From Octopus vulgaris (taxonomy: Eukaryota): a stretch of 64,000 bases of DNA. Within the stretch, counting starts at the first letter, position 1. Each line of letters begins with the position of its first letter. The DNA is taken from positions 5,828,001 through 5,892,000 of the forward strand of contig OX597827.1 of the NCBI GenBank assembly GCA_951406725.2. Direction: 5' to 3'. This document shows positions 1-13,000 of the stretch, piece after piece. Under the pieces are notes generated by a model that was not told the DNA's origin, did not search any database, and saw only the letters and a program-made list of their open reading frames with translations. A program made the position numbers and the translations under genes.

Positions 1-475
1 TGTATATATGTGTATATATATATACATATGTACACACACACACATACACACACACATATGCACATATATATTGCATCTCACTAACACAATAAGTGGTATG
101 TAATTCATCCCCATAACATTGTGTATACTTAACACTATATTATATTACTTCCTTTTATTACTTATCCATCTTATCTGCCTCTGTTTATTTTATATCGAAT
201 GAATTGTGTATTTAACATTTAAGTTCCAATAAACCAAAATTTCCAAGTGTATATTCCTCTACTCCACGGATCCATAATGGAAATTACACTCTTTGAATCT
301 TTCACACCATGTATATATTTATATACATGTGCGTGTATGTGCGTGTGTGAGAGAGAGAATGTATATATGTATGTGTAGGTGTGTATGTAGTATATGTGCA
401 TACTATACACACACATGCACATATATATATAATATATATATATACATGAATTTGTATCTACCTGCCTAACTATCA

Positions 476-507
<32 letters not shown>

Positions 508-817
508 CTTGGTCTATTCATCTTTCTCTTTGTCAAAATATGTGTATGTATGTATCTGTGTATGTGTGTGCATGTGTGTGTATTTTGTGTAGATATCTGC
601 ATGTGTATGTGTACATGTGCATATGTGTGAATGTATGTGTGTATATATGTATGCGTATAAATATATATATACTTATATAGAGTATTAAAATATATAAATA
701 CATTATGTATATGTGATATATATACATACATATACATATACATATATATATATATCATTTTATTTTATTTTATTTTATCTAGTTTCAGCTCACGAGCTGT
801 GGCCATGCTGGGGCACC

Positions 818-873
<56 letters not shown>

Positions 874-890
874 CATACATACATATCAAG
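1..890. repeat. Compound (TA)n/(CA)n/(TC)n microsatellite region
   Basis: Tandem dinucleotides seen directly; ORFs here are YIYI/HTHT artefacts. Confidence 0.95.
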
Positions 891-899
891 AAGCAGAAT

Positions 900-1140
900 C
901 ATAAGCCCTTCCTGAGCAATAGGCTCATAATCCTGGTTTCCCAGATTCTGTGCTGTATATAATTGCCCCCCCACCCAGTCCATCTTAGGATCATTGTCTT
1001 TTACCAGCTGAGTGAACTGAACCCAACATGTAATGAAGTGTCTTGCTCAAGAACACAATGCATCACCCACTCCAGGAATCGAAACCACAATCATACTATC
1101 ACGAGTGCAACACCCTAACCACTAAGCTATGTGCGTCCTC
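900..1140 (-). mobile_element. tRNA-derived SINE, family C
   Basis: Reverse strand has a tRNA-like head (gcttagtggttaggg...ggtttcgattcctgg) then ttcttgagcaagacacttcat. Related copies at about 2850-3020, 8020-8330, 13655-13930, 39255-39592, 39700-40005, 42050-42350 and 54220-54410. Confidence 0.75.
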
Positions 1141-1426
1141 ATGTATAGGTATGCATATGTATATATGTATATATATGTTTGCATAAGTATATATTAATGT
1201 ACATGTGTGTGTGTGTAGAAATATATATTTATACATATGCTCACATATATAGATATATATATATAGATATATACTTATATGTATATGTACATGCACACAC
1301 ACAAACACACACACACACATACACATATAAATACTCACATATACATGTATATACCAACTATATACCACCTTCATTAATTCTCTCGTGATATTCATAAATA
1401 TATCCTCTGCACACATTATACCCACT

Positions 1427-1471
<45 letters not shown>

Positions 1472-1659
1472 TCACACACACACACATATAGTATGTTCAT
1501 ACATACATTTACTTATACATTTATCACTGCATGGTCGTGGCTTGTAAATTTGCCCCTAATATAACAGAATTACTAAGCTATAAAATATTGTCATTCATTA
1601 TACGTTATAGTGTCTGTTAGGCTCAGTGTAGCGTAAGCACTTCTGTCATACTTGTCATA

Positions 1660-2740
1660 ACCTATTCTGTCACTACTCCGTCAATGCCATTCCTATTGTC
1701 ATCATAAACATTGCCGTCATTGACGCTACCCTCGTCTTCCAAGCCGTTGTCCTCATCCCCCTCCTCTCCGTTCTCCTCCTCCTCCCCCTCCTCCTCCTCA
1801 TCATCATAACCATCATCATTCTTGCTATCATTGTTATCGTTGTCAAAGACATTATCATTGTCATCGCGTCACTGTCATCCTTATTGTTATTATCGTCAAT
1901 GACATTGTCCTTGTCATTGTCAATGTCAATGTCATCGTCGTTGTCATCGTCGTTGTCATCGTCGTTGTCATCATTGTCATTGCCAGCGTCATTGATATTC
2001 TATTTCAGCATCGTTGCTGACATCATTGCCATCGTCATCATTGTTATGAATGTTATCATCATCATTATAAGCTGCCGGACGAGATAGTGAAGATGCCGAT
2101 GACCACTCGGTTCAAAGTCTCTCTCTTGACCAGAAATGGCCTGAACTCTTTGCATGAACACCCTCCCTGTACATAACTCCATGTCCCCCTACATGGCCTT
2201 GCTTTTTGCTTTTTGAGCCAAAAAATTAACTTAGCTTAACTTATCATCTTTGTTGTAATTGTTGTTTGCCTTGCTGCCCCTGGTAATTATTGCCCTCCTC
2301 CTCCTCCATCCTCATCATCATCATCATCATCACCACTACAACCATCACCACCACCACCACCACCACCACCACCACCACTACCACCACCACCACCACCACC
2401 ACCACCACCACTACCATCACCACCATCATCATCACCATCATCATCATCACCATCATCATCATCACCACCATCATCATCATTATAGTCATGATCGCTTTCG
2501 TCATCAGTGTCATCATCATTGTGAACATCACCATCATCATCATAATCATCTTCATCATGCTAATTTTTGTCATCGTTGTCATTGTCATTATTTTCATCAT
2601 CAGAGTCAAAATCATTATAATCATAGCATTTGTTATCATCAATGTCCTCCTCCTCCTCCTCCTCCTCCTCATCATCATCATCATTACCATTGTCGTCATC
2701 CTCATGGTCCTTCTCCTCTTCAGCATCATCATCATCATAC
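1660..2740. repeat. Degenerate (TCA)n/(CCA)n/(CCT)n trinucleotide tract interrupted by a LINE fragment
   Basis: Tandem triplets; source of the poly-H/M/T/I ORFs. Confidence 0.9.
2068..2243 (+). mobile_element. 5'-truncated CR1-clade LINE 3' end
   Basis: Closely matches 43114-43287 (aagctgccggacgagatag...ccatgtccccctacatggccttgc...aattaact); TAAC-like tail. Confidence 0.85.
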
Positions 2741-3039
2741 TCTTTTACTCTTTCTCTTTACTCTTTTACTCTTCTATTTGTTTCAGTCATTTGACTGTGA
2801 CCATGCTGGAGCACTGCCTTTAGTTGAGCAAATCGACCCCAGGACTCCTGGTAGAGCCCATCCCTCTCTGGGCTAAACTCATTTCTACAGCTGAGTGGAC
2901 TGGAGCAATGTGAAGTGATGTGTTTTGCTCAAGAATACAATGGATCGCCCGGTCCAGGGATTGAAACTACAGTCTTACAATCATGAGTCCAACACCCTAA
3001 CCACTAAGCCACGTGCCTCTGCTATGTCATGTACCTAAG

Positions 3040-3219
3040 TTACATATTGCCATTTTTCAGAAGCTTTCATCCTACAAGGCCAGGTTCATGCCTAACTAAT
3101 GGCAATAATTTGATTTTTAACTTATGCCATGTACCTAAGTTTAAAATCAAATTAATATCATTAGTTAGGCATGAATCTGGCCTTGTTGGATGAATACTTT
3201 TTAAACTGACAAAATGTAA
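3040..3219. repeat. Imperfect palindrome (MITE-like hairpin)
   Basis: Arms 3066-3124 and 3136-3194 are reverse complements (ttcatcctacaaggccaggttcatgcctaactaat / attagttaggcatgaatctggccttgttggatgaa). Confidence 0.85.
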
Positions 3220-3543
3220 TGTTTATAGATAATGGGTAAAATGTGTTGTACCTGCAGACTAACTTCACACCTACATACTTCTGGTCCTACCGGAATCAAT
3301 ATGTCACACCACATATCACCGTGTTTTATAATTGACACACCTGATCTGCAAAATTCCCATCTTTCTATATTGCAGTGCATAATAAACTATATACATCACA
3401 AAACATAACACCATTTGTATATTATTCAAGTGCATCCCTATATATAGACATACATATATCCAAATATGTGTGTGTGCGAGCACGCGTGTGTGTATGCGAG
3501 TGTGTGTGTGTGTGTGTGTGTGCATATTGTATAGATTACCTCA

Positions 3544-3663
<120 letters not shown>

Positions 3664-3744
3664 CTTTATACATATATGTATATATGGATAAATATATACA
3701 TAGATAGATATGTATATATGTATATATCTATATATCTATATAGC

Positions 3745-3775
<31 letters not shown>

Positions 3776-3869
3776 ATGTGTGTGTAGCCACTTTAACATG
3801 GCTGTCCATTCGAGATGTGCATAGCAAATTATACACATCACAACACGTAACACATATATATATACATAT

Positions 3870-3908
<39 letters not shown>

Positions 3909-3909
<1 letters not shown>

Positions 3910-4210
3910 GGTGTATTCAGATTAAATTAGAGAATTCTCATAAAAGGAAATGAAATCACCATATGCCATCCAAAAATAAGAATATTTTAAAATATTTTAA
4001 AATAGCAACTAGATTATGGCTAGGAGACAACAGTTTTTTACTCAAAGTAGCTGCCCTCAACTTCCACCATGGCCTCAAGACATCTCCAGAACCTGGTGCA
4101 TGCGTTCTTCACTACGTCCCTAGGAAGATCTTCAAACACCTCCTGAATCTTGACTACCAACTCAGCCTTGCTGCTACAGGCAAAGTAGTTGGTGTCTTTC
4201 TCAGCCATAT
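3909..4210 (-). mobile_element. Tc1/mariner (maT/DD37D-like) transposon 3' remnant
   Basis: Minus strand 4208-4038 translates EKDTNYFACSSKAELVVKIQEVFEDLPRDVVKNACTRFWRCLEAMVEVEGSYFE*, a typical transposase C-terminus; element ends at a TA-flanked putative TIR near 3909. Confidence 0.8.
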
Positions 4211-4424
4211 CTGCTCCCTTAGTAACCCATGGGATTACTACTAAGGAAATCAGGAGGCCTGAAATTGGGGTGGGCTAAATTTGACATTGTTTTATGCTTC
4301 CACTTTTTAGGAACAGCTTGATATACTGGTGAACACCCAACATAAAGAGTAAGGTTATATATATATATATATATTAAATTTCTAAATCTCTCATAGAGAT
4401 ATGTACGGTGGTGGGGCGATAGAC

Positions 4425-4701
4425 TGGTTGTATACTGTCAATCTAACGTGAACGTGACAGATATCAACAGCTGGCGGGCATCTGCTACTCTAGACCAATG
4501 ATGGACAATGATCCTGAAACATGCGTGTCTCTAGATGCAGGCCTGGCTGCTGGGGGTGTTTGTCTCCCCTTCGTAAATGTATATAAGGGCACAGGAAAAA
4601 TGTGTCAAAGCCAGCAGGAAGCGTTGATGCTTCCTAGGGCTAAACAGCGGTGGTGTAACCCCCTACTGTCACGTTCACGTTAGATTGACAGTATACAACC
4701 A
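4425..4701. mobile_element. 277-bp element with perfect 36-bp terminal inverted repeats
   Basis: tggttgtatactgtcaatctaacgtgaacgtgacag (4425-4460) and its exact reverse complement (4666-4701). Confidence 0.8.
4489..4535 (+). ncRNA. Degenerate minimal type-I hammerhead ribozyme motif
   Basis: tctaga-CCAATGA-t-gga-caatga-tcc-t-GAAA-catgcgtg-TC-tctaga: 6-bp helix I, GUC triplet, near-palindromic helix III; core G5 lost. Confidence 0.6.
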
Positions 4702-4841
4702 TTCCATGTATATATATATGTTGGCCTGCTCACTTAGCCAGCGGGGTGGCGTCATTTGAAGGCTAAAACAATGTGAAGCGCATTGTGACCAGTGATGTGT
4801 AGCAACATCTGATAGACTGGTTGGTCACGGGGATCACAGTG

Positions 4842-4875
<34 letters not shown>

Positions 4876-6169
4876 ATGATTGGCTTCCACACTGCTTCCA
4901 CCTTCCAAATTGTCTCACAATGCATTGGTTAACCTGTACAGTAGAAGACAAAAGAAACTTGCCCAAGCTGCCATGCAATGGAACTGAGCCCGAAACAACA
5001 TACTTGTAAGATGAGCCTCTTAACCACACAGCCAGTACTTGAGCCTATACAGCTTCAACTAAACAAGCAAACAAAAAACTCCATGTATTGTTTGAATATC
5101 ATGCTGTAGCTTGTATTTTGCATATGAGATTTTGGTAAATAATACATTTTGGCATCGTTGTTAAAGTGCATAGAACACTGAAGAAATAAAATTTCTTTAT
5201 CAGATGAAAAAAACTGTAAGCAATAAAAATATACAATAAATTATAAATTCATAGAAATATGTGAAAACATAAAAACTATATTTTTAAAATCATAAAACTA
5301 TGTCTTCTTGTCATTCTTCATTCTTCAGCTCTTTTCTATGTGCACACACACACACATACACACATATACATGTAAGTATGCACACATGTTAACATATACA
5401 TACATACAAGCATACACACATGTTCACTTAAATAGACTTCCAGATGTATACAACGACATGCAAATATTCTTTCACTGAAATGCATGCTCAGGGTATCCAT
5501 AGAACATTGTGAGACTGAGATATAGAAGTTGCATATTTAAAAAATGTGGAAGAATCATTTAAATTACTGTAAAGCATTGAAGCAATGAACTGAGTTGGAT
5601 GGGTGATTGATAAAGAGTGAGTGGAAATAAGTGCTGAATCTTAAAAGGTGATATAGATAATAATACTAAAAAATTTGGGAGAGATGATGAAAAAAAAAAA
5701 TGGGTGATAAAGATAATTAAGAAAAAATACTTTAGCTGTTGAAAAATGTATGTAATAAGAATAAGTAATAAAAATGAGATAAAAAATCATAAATTTCTAG
5801 AATATTTATGAATATAAAATATTAAAATATAAATTCATAAATGTATAGAATATGGAATTTTAAGTGGGAAAAGAAATCAGAATTGATTTTAAAAATGGAT
5901 TGGAAATGAGATGGATTGAAAAGGTGAAGGTAAAAATTATGCAAAATAGATTAAAAATGAATTAAAATTGACCTAAGGTGAAGTGAAGCAAATCAAAATA
6001 CAGTAAAAGAAACTGGCACTCTCAGAGTATTAATCTGGTAACCAGAATAGGATTGAATAAAGCAATGGGTTGTGTGCGTGTGTGTGTATTGTATGTGTGT
6101 GCATATATATGTGTGTGTGTGTATGTGCTTATGTGAAGAAAAAATGAGGCAATGCATGAACAAAGCATC

Positions 6170-6350
6170 ATCATCATCATCATCATCATTTAATGTCCAT
6201 ATTCCATGAGCTGGATGATTTGACAGGGTCTGAGGAGTCCAAGAACTGTTCCAGTGCACCAATGCCTGCTTTGGAATTTTTTCTACAGTTGGATGCCTTT
6301 CCTAACAGTAACCATTTTACAGCATGCACTTGGTGACCTTTTTCATGTCA
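6170..6350 (-). mobile_element. SINE family D with (GAT)n tail (probably RTE-mobilised)
   Basis: (CAT)n followed by ttaatgtcc...ccatg...ggatgcc(c)ttcctaa. Related copies near 25900, 33395, 38590, 44570, 46255, 49705, 51580, 59530 and 61700. Confidence 0.7.
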
Positions 6351-6974
6351 CCTGCGCTATAGGGGCCCCAATGCAGCTTGCAGGAATACAAACCCTGAAG
6401 GAGGAAGAAATCAGCTTTGTGTTAGTGGAAGAGGGGTAAACTATGGGAGAAAGTGGGATAAGAGTGGGTTCTTTTAGGGGATCTGCATGGCTACTCACAT
6501 TTGGAGAAAGGGAAAAGAGAAATGATCAGTAGGAGCTGCGAAGGGATAGATAATGGTGATGAGGTACTCAGGTGACCCATAAAAGCACAAGGTAAGTAGA
6601 AGTAGGTGGCTGGTTTGCAAGATTGTGTGGGGAGCAGGAGATGCAGGAATGAGGAGGTGGACGGTAAGATTAAGATTTGGGTAGGGTTGAAGGGTGAATG
6701 AACAATGAGCCATCGGGTGGGGAAGTTAGAGGGATGCAGAAAGAAATGAGTTGAGGGTGACAAGAAGCAAGATTAGTGATGATGATACAGTTGACGGGGA
6801 GAGGACAAAAGAGAGAGAGAAAGAGAGAGTGAGAGAGAGAGAGGAGGAGGAGAGAGTGAGAACACATTTGGGTAGTCTGCAGGAGCCAGGGTTGTGGAAG
6901 AGGCAGGTGTACTACATAGGAGGAGAGGATAGGTTACTGTAACATGGGTGGAGGACAGTATACATAGCATTTCC

Positions 6975-7135
6975 AGAACTCAGTTTTTGCAGTAGAATGT
7001 GCATCTTTTTGAGAACCTCATAATTCCTGACTTCCCAGTTCTTTGTCCTCTACTCTATGAAGCCCAGGTCTTCAAATCAGCCTTCACCTTTTTATTCCAT
7101 GTTTTTCTTAGTTTTCCTCTTCTGCGAGTTCCAAG
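6975..7135 (-). mobile_element. RTE-clade LINE 3' fragment
   Basis: Minus strand GTRRRGKLRKTWNKKVKADL resembles the RTE G-RRRGRPRKTW motif. Confidence 0.6.
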
Positions 7136-8018
7136 TGCATCCCAGAAGTATTCAGATTTTTTTTAGGAGAGACAGTCATAACTGTCCCAAATTATTTTAA
7201 TTTTCATATATCATCATTATATATCTAATAAGCTAACCTACCAAGGTCAGCTATTCCAGTTTTAATTGAAGGAGAACACTAAATACACTCGTCACTGCAG
7301 ACTAGTTTGCAAAATGCAGTTAGAATGATTTGAAGTTTACTATGCAATAAAGTCTTGTATTAAACTGGGTAAAAACACTACAGAATCTTGTGAAATACTC
7401 CAGACTACTTATAGATTAACTTTTTTGTGGCGCAAAAGGTTTAAGGATCTTTGAGAGGAGATGAGAGATGATGAGAGGTATGGGAAGGAGAGGAATGTCA
7501 GAACATTGGAACATCAGAGCTAGTTAAGAAAATTTGCTATTTTTTGGATCAAGTGCTTGTGTGCATTTATAATGACAATATGTTTACAGGTCAGATCTTC
7601 ATGAATTAGTCCGTGTACTAATTTATGAAGATCTAAACATGCACAAAATTTGTTGAAAGTTTGTTCTTAGGGTATTCATTGATATGTGTTCTGGTAAAAA
7701 AAGCTTGAGAGAGATGGATATCAAAAATGTTCCTCATCATCCCTACAGTCCTGAACTTGCTCTCTAGGATTTTTGGTTGTTTCCCAAGCTAAAGGAGAAC
7801 TTCAAGGGCAGCTGTTTTGAATACGAAGGAAGCTGTGACAAGGGTTCTGGACATTTTCCTGTTGGAGGACTTCCATGGGGACTTCAAAAGTGGTTGGGGC
7901 ATTACAACAAGTGCACTGAAGTCAGAAGGTCCTTCTTAGAGGAGATTTGCCTTGTACTCGTTTGAAATTAATGAATGTCTCATCTGAAAAGTCTGACAAC
8001 TTTTTGAATGAGCTTCAT
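7135..8018 (+). mobile_element. Degenerate mariner transposon
   Basis: N-terminal YAIKSCIKLGKNTTESCEILQTTY and C-terminal PHHPYSPELAL*DFWLFPKLKENFKG (YSPDLAP motif); stops and deletions. Confidence 0.85.
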
Positions 8019-8539
8019 ATCTGCTGAGATGCCCTTCGGTCATGACTGACCATGGGATTGCACCTAGAAAGTTACTCTCCCAGGCACAAGTCCGGGCAAG
8101 ATTGTTCATGAAAGACCAGCAATCGCCCATGCATACTGGCCTCCCTTCTCCATGCCACCAGTGTTATCCAAGGGAAAGGCAAAGGCCAATATAGCTTGGC
8201 ACCTGTGGAGCAACGTGAAATAAAGTGTCTTGCTCACGAACAAAGCACACAGACCGGTCTGGGATTCGAACTCACAACCTCACGATCATAAGCTCGACAC
8301 TCTAACCACTGAGCCATGTGCCTTCACAGAGGCTTCAGATATATATATATATATCTGGAGTATATATTCGGGGTGTTCTAGGTGTGCCCTGCATACCCAT
8401 AAAAAATGGCAAATTCATTAAATCACAAATCTTAATGGAAAAATTTTGTTATACCCCTACTTGAAATATGGTGGCATTGGGTGTGGCAGCACACCCAATA
8501 CAACAACCACTATATGCCACTGATATACATATATCAGAA

Positions 8540-8900
8540 CACAGGACCTGGCACCAGTCCTGCTTCTCAGTTCAAGGATTTAAGCAAAGCCAACTCCAAA
8601 ATTGGAACCAACTTCATGCAAGCATCAAGACATGTTGGTAAAATGCTGCTCCTCTAAATGGAAACCCTATCTGTCATTGTGGTTTTGTGGCATGAAGCAA
8701 AACAGGCCCTGCTGTCCACTCAGGAAAACACATAGGAAATGATCTACAAGCATTCTAGTAAACTGAGTGTTCAACTTGTCCCCTTTGTCAAAAAGTTTGC
8801 AAGGCACCAGCAGGCCCCATGAGACACGTTCATATCCATAGAACATGATAAACACATTATTTTACTGAATCCTCATTTGTCATTCATGACGAGAGGATCC
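8540..8900 (+). mobile_element. RTE-type LINE 3' end with C-terminal C2H2 zinc finger
   Basis: CPLCQKVCKAPAGPMRHVHIH encoded at about 8778-8840, preceded by a degenerate FKD..KAN segment. Confidence 0.6.
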
Positions 8901-9242
8901 ATGATATAGATGTAGACAGGGTTGACCAAAGTCACCTGACGGTAAATCGAAATTCCATAAATACTATCTGTAATTCTGTATTGACTCAAATGGAAAGATG
9001 TGTCGCTCGTGAAGGACTTCAGTTTGAACAATTTTCATGATGTTTCATATCTAGATGCTTTTATTAAATTCATTCAGTTGTTAAGCAGAAATAAATCTTG
9101 GATTTATATATATATAAAATTATTTAACAATTAAGGATAACTTCTTAATAAGGAATCTTAACAAGAAATTATCAAGTAGATAGCGTGAAAAACCTCATAA
9201 GAGAAAAATTTCGAAAATAATTCTTTCTTATTGAACATATTA

Positions 9243-9383
9243 ATTTATATATAGAGGGCATTATTATACATACATGCCACACGCTAAGAGGGACATTAGT
9301 CATTTCTACCAATTAGTAAAATTTTTGGTAGAAATGACTAATGTCCCTCTTAGCGTGTGGCATGTATGTATAATAATGCCCTC

Positions 9384-9394
<11 letters not shown>
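9243..9394. repeat. Perfect palindrome, 70-bp arms, 12-nt loop
   Basis: 9243-9312 is the exact reverse complement of 9325-9394. Confidence 0.95.
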
Positions 9395-9415
<21 letters not shown>

Positions 9416-9739
9416 CACATACACACACAGTCCACATGTATCCAAATACTAAGAAATATATAGCATTGAGCTATATATGCATGTGAAAGATTTTTTTGGG
9501 CCCTTCACCTGACTACAGTTGATTTTCTGTTGTAATTTTCAGTGTTATCATTGGTGGTTTAAATTAGGGTTTTAACACTTATTTCTAGCAAGCAGGCACA
9601 TTTGTGTGTCCTTTTGACTGATATAAATTTTTATTCTATTGGTCTATAATGCTATTTTAGGCCTGCAACTATTTATATTACCCTGGATAATAATAACAAT
9701 AATATCTATATAAATATTAACTCCTGAATATTTGCTCCT

Positions 9740-10210
<471 letters not shown>

Positions 10211-10686
10211 CTATCTGTTTTTCTTTATGTATCAGTGACTTTCTCTGTTCAGCCATGGATAATGCTTTCCTGTTTTGTAAAGTATAGAGAAAGAGAGATG
10301 AACTCACAGACACCAACAAACACCTTCATACAAGCACCATAAGAATGCACACATACACACATTCACACATACTTATCTATGTACATATAATTACGTGTGG
10401 ACAAAGATATATACTTGTATATATCTGTATACATATATATATATATATATATTTGCAGTTACATATATATGTATATAGTATATATGTGTGTGAGTGAGTG
10501 TGTGTGTGTGTATATACACTCACATACATACACATACTCACATATAAGTGTATGGTTTTAATTAATTAAAAATTGGCAATAAAGAAGAATTAGTTTCTTA
10601 TATTTATGTATTTTTTCTAATTATAGGAAAGTGTATGACTGTATCACACATCTGTGCATAAATATTAGCATACATACATATATATG

Positions 10687-10735
<49 letters not shown>

Positions 10736-11307
10736 AACATATATATTTGCGTGAAGGCACCCACACACACCACACACATGTGTATCTATATCAATATATA
10801 TATATGCATAAAAATATGTATATATATCAATATCTGTGTATGTATATGTATATATATATATATATATACATATATATACACAGATATTGATATATATACA
10901 TATTTTTATGCATATATATATATATATTTTTATATATATGTATATATATGTATGTATTTATTTATGTATTGTATATGTTCATATTTGCATATGTGCACTT
11001 CCCTCACACGAACTATTCTATGGAAGCTGAGGCCAATTGGCACTGACAACAAACACTAGTTCCTGTTAGATGAACAAAATTAAGTAGCTCCAGTGAAGAT
11101 TAGTAATTAGATGGTTCATTGTATCTGAGAATCAGGTTGCATCTAATCTAAATGCTTTGTTCATTTAGATTGTGGCAGTATTGCAAAAACTAAAACATTT
11201 CTGATTGAGAAAAATCTCCAAGAGTTGTTATATTCCATAGTTATTTTCATATATATATATATATGCACATTTATACATATATATATATATACATACATTA
11301 ATATATA

Positions 11308-11830
11308 CAGGGCGTGATGGGTAAGTTGTTGCCATATTCTATTTTTAATTTTGTGCACGCACATTGATTGTTTTGGATTTTGTCCACTACACAGTATAGT
11401 AGGGTCAGTTGGGCACCGTTTGTGAGAAAAACATTATTCACTCTGCCAGAAATTTGGTAACTTTTCATTCATTCGCAATGGAAGCTCCAATATGAACATT
11501 TCAGAGTGTTTGGGTGTCAATCTGAGGACATGTACTGAGAGTGATAAAAATCAAGCATCCAATCAACATCATGGGGTTTAGAGTGATCAGTAGTGATAGT
11601 GATGTTGTGCCTCCATTCATCTTCCCACATGGCCTCAGACTCAACATGGTGGCCTACATGAAGTGCCTGAAGGAGGTAGTGTTGCCCTAGGTCAAGCGGG
11701 TGGCTGCTGAAAGATTTTTCGTCTAGCAACAAGATTCTGTACCATGCCACACAAGCAGGAGAACCCAGTCATAGCTGTCAGACAATTTCTATGACCACAT
11801 TACTCCTAACATCTGACCACCTAACTGCCC
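11308..11830 (+). mobile_element. Tc1/mariner maT(DD37D)-like transposon remnant
   Basis: TA+cagggcgtgatggg start. 11560-11830 translates PPFIFPHGLRLNMVAYMKCLKEVVLP*VKRVAAERFFV*QQDSVPCHTSRRTQS*LSDNFYDHITPNI*PPN. The same 5' end recurs at about 29472-29690. Confidence 0.88.
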
Positions 11831-12029
11831 ATCAGTCTTTCTGATGATAGCATTTAAGTTGAAACCTGAGAGTCAGTGTTGAAGTAGATATTTACTCTAC
11901 TAAAAAATATTGTGCACTATTTCAGTTTAAAGTGAAATTACTTTTATATATAACTTCACAGAAAAACAATATATATTTTTAAACACACACATGAACACAC
12001 ACATGTACACATAATTTATTATTGAACCT

Positions 12030-12122
12030 TCATCTGATGAGTTACGGATAGGAATTTCTATACATTTTTCTGCATGCTTACTTTTGTAACTCTTATCCTC
12101 TAATGAAACACTTGTAAGATAG
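12030..12122 (+). ncRNA. Hammerhead-like motif with long helix II
   Basis: CTGATGA (12034-40), gttacggatagga pairing with tcttatcctctaat, GAAA (12105-8), cacttg, TA, agat; GUA triplet; helix I poor. Confidence 0.5.
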
Positions 12123-12274
12123 AAAGAGAAATATACCAAAACTGTCTCCACTCTATTCTATATATGTGTGTGTGTGTATAATATAAATAATACAAGATCC
12201 AGAGAAGGGAAGACAGAGGAAAAAAAATCGCCAACGGTACACACAAGGTCACATTTTGAAATATATATATATAC

Positions 12275-12339
<65 letters not shown>

Positions 12340-12345
<6 letters not shown>

Positions 12346-12790
12346 TATATGGATACAGGACGTCACCAACAGTAAACAACATGAAATACAAAAACAAATG
12401 AGTTAAATATGCAAATAACGAGAGAAAGAAATGGAAAACAATACAAAGAATACAAACAACGATCCTTCATCGGTTGTCAGCTATCTATCTACTCCCCATT
12501 TCGAGTAGTCAGCGACAATATGAGTCTTTGAAGACAGTTGCTCCAATAAATACCAAACTAAAATTTTGGCTTTATGGAGGGACAAAGTTAGGAACAAAAA
12601 CAGGACAGTGGAAATATACAGGGAAACCGAATGAAAACAAACGTGGAGGGTCGTTAGACCTGAATCACAGGAAAATAGTGAATGCTGAGAGAAATATATT
12701 TTTTTTTTTGAAAAGAGAAAAGATACAAGAGAGAGATATATGACACGTCCTGTCCTTTGAACGCCTGTGCAGGAAAGAAAGATGGACAAT
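12340..12790 (-). mobile_element. Unclassified dispersed repeat (possibly Penelope-related)
   Basis: 12440-12510 is the reverse-complement homolog of 48885-48960 (actcgaaatg.ggagtagat...agctgacaacYgatgaagg). Confidence 0.5.
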
Positions 12791-13000
12791 GGTCACACGT
12801 GAGCAACGAGAGAGAAAAAAGAGAAAGAGGAAGAGAGAGAGCAAGAGAAAGAGACAGACAGACAGATAGAAAACCATGAAAGAGAGAAAAAGGGAATTAG
12901 AGACGATGGGGAGAAAAGAGTATGAAGTAAAGTTGCATCAAGAAAGTAGTCTCTTTGGAGTTTGTTTGCTCATTCATACATACATATATATACATATATA

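Noticed and set aside
8770-8845. C2H2 zinc finger as part of a host ZNF gene (family expanded in octopus)
   Set aside because: Single finger without a TGEKP linker, in a stop-ridden context matching an RTE LINE C-terminus
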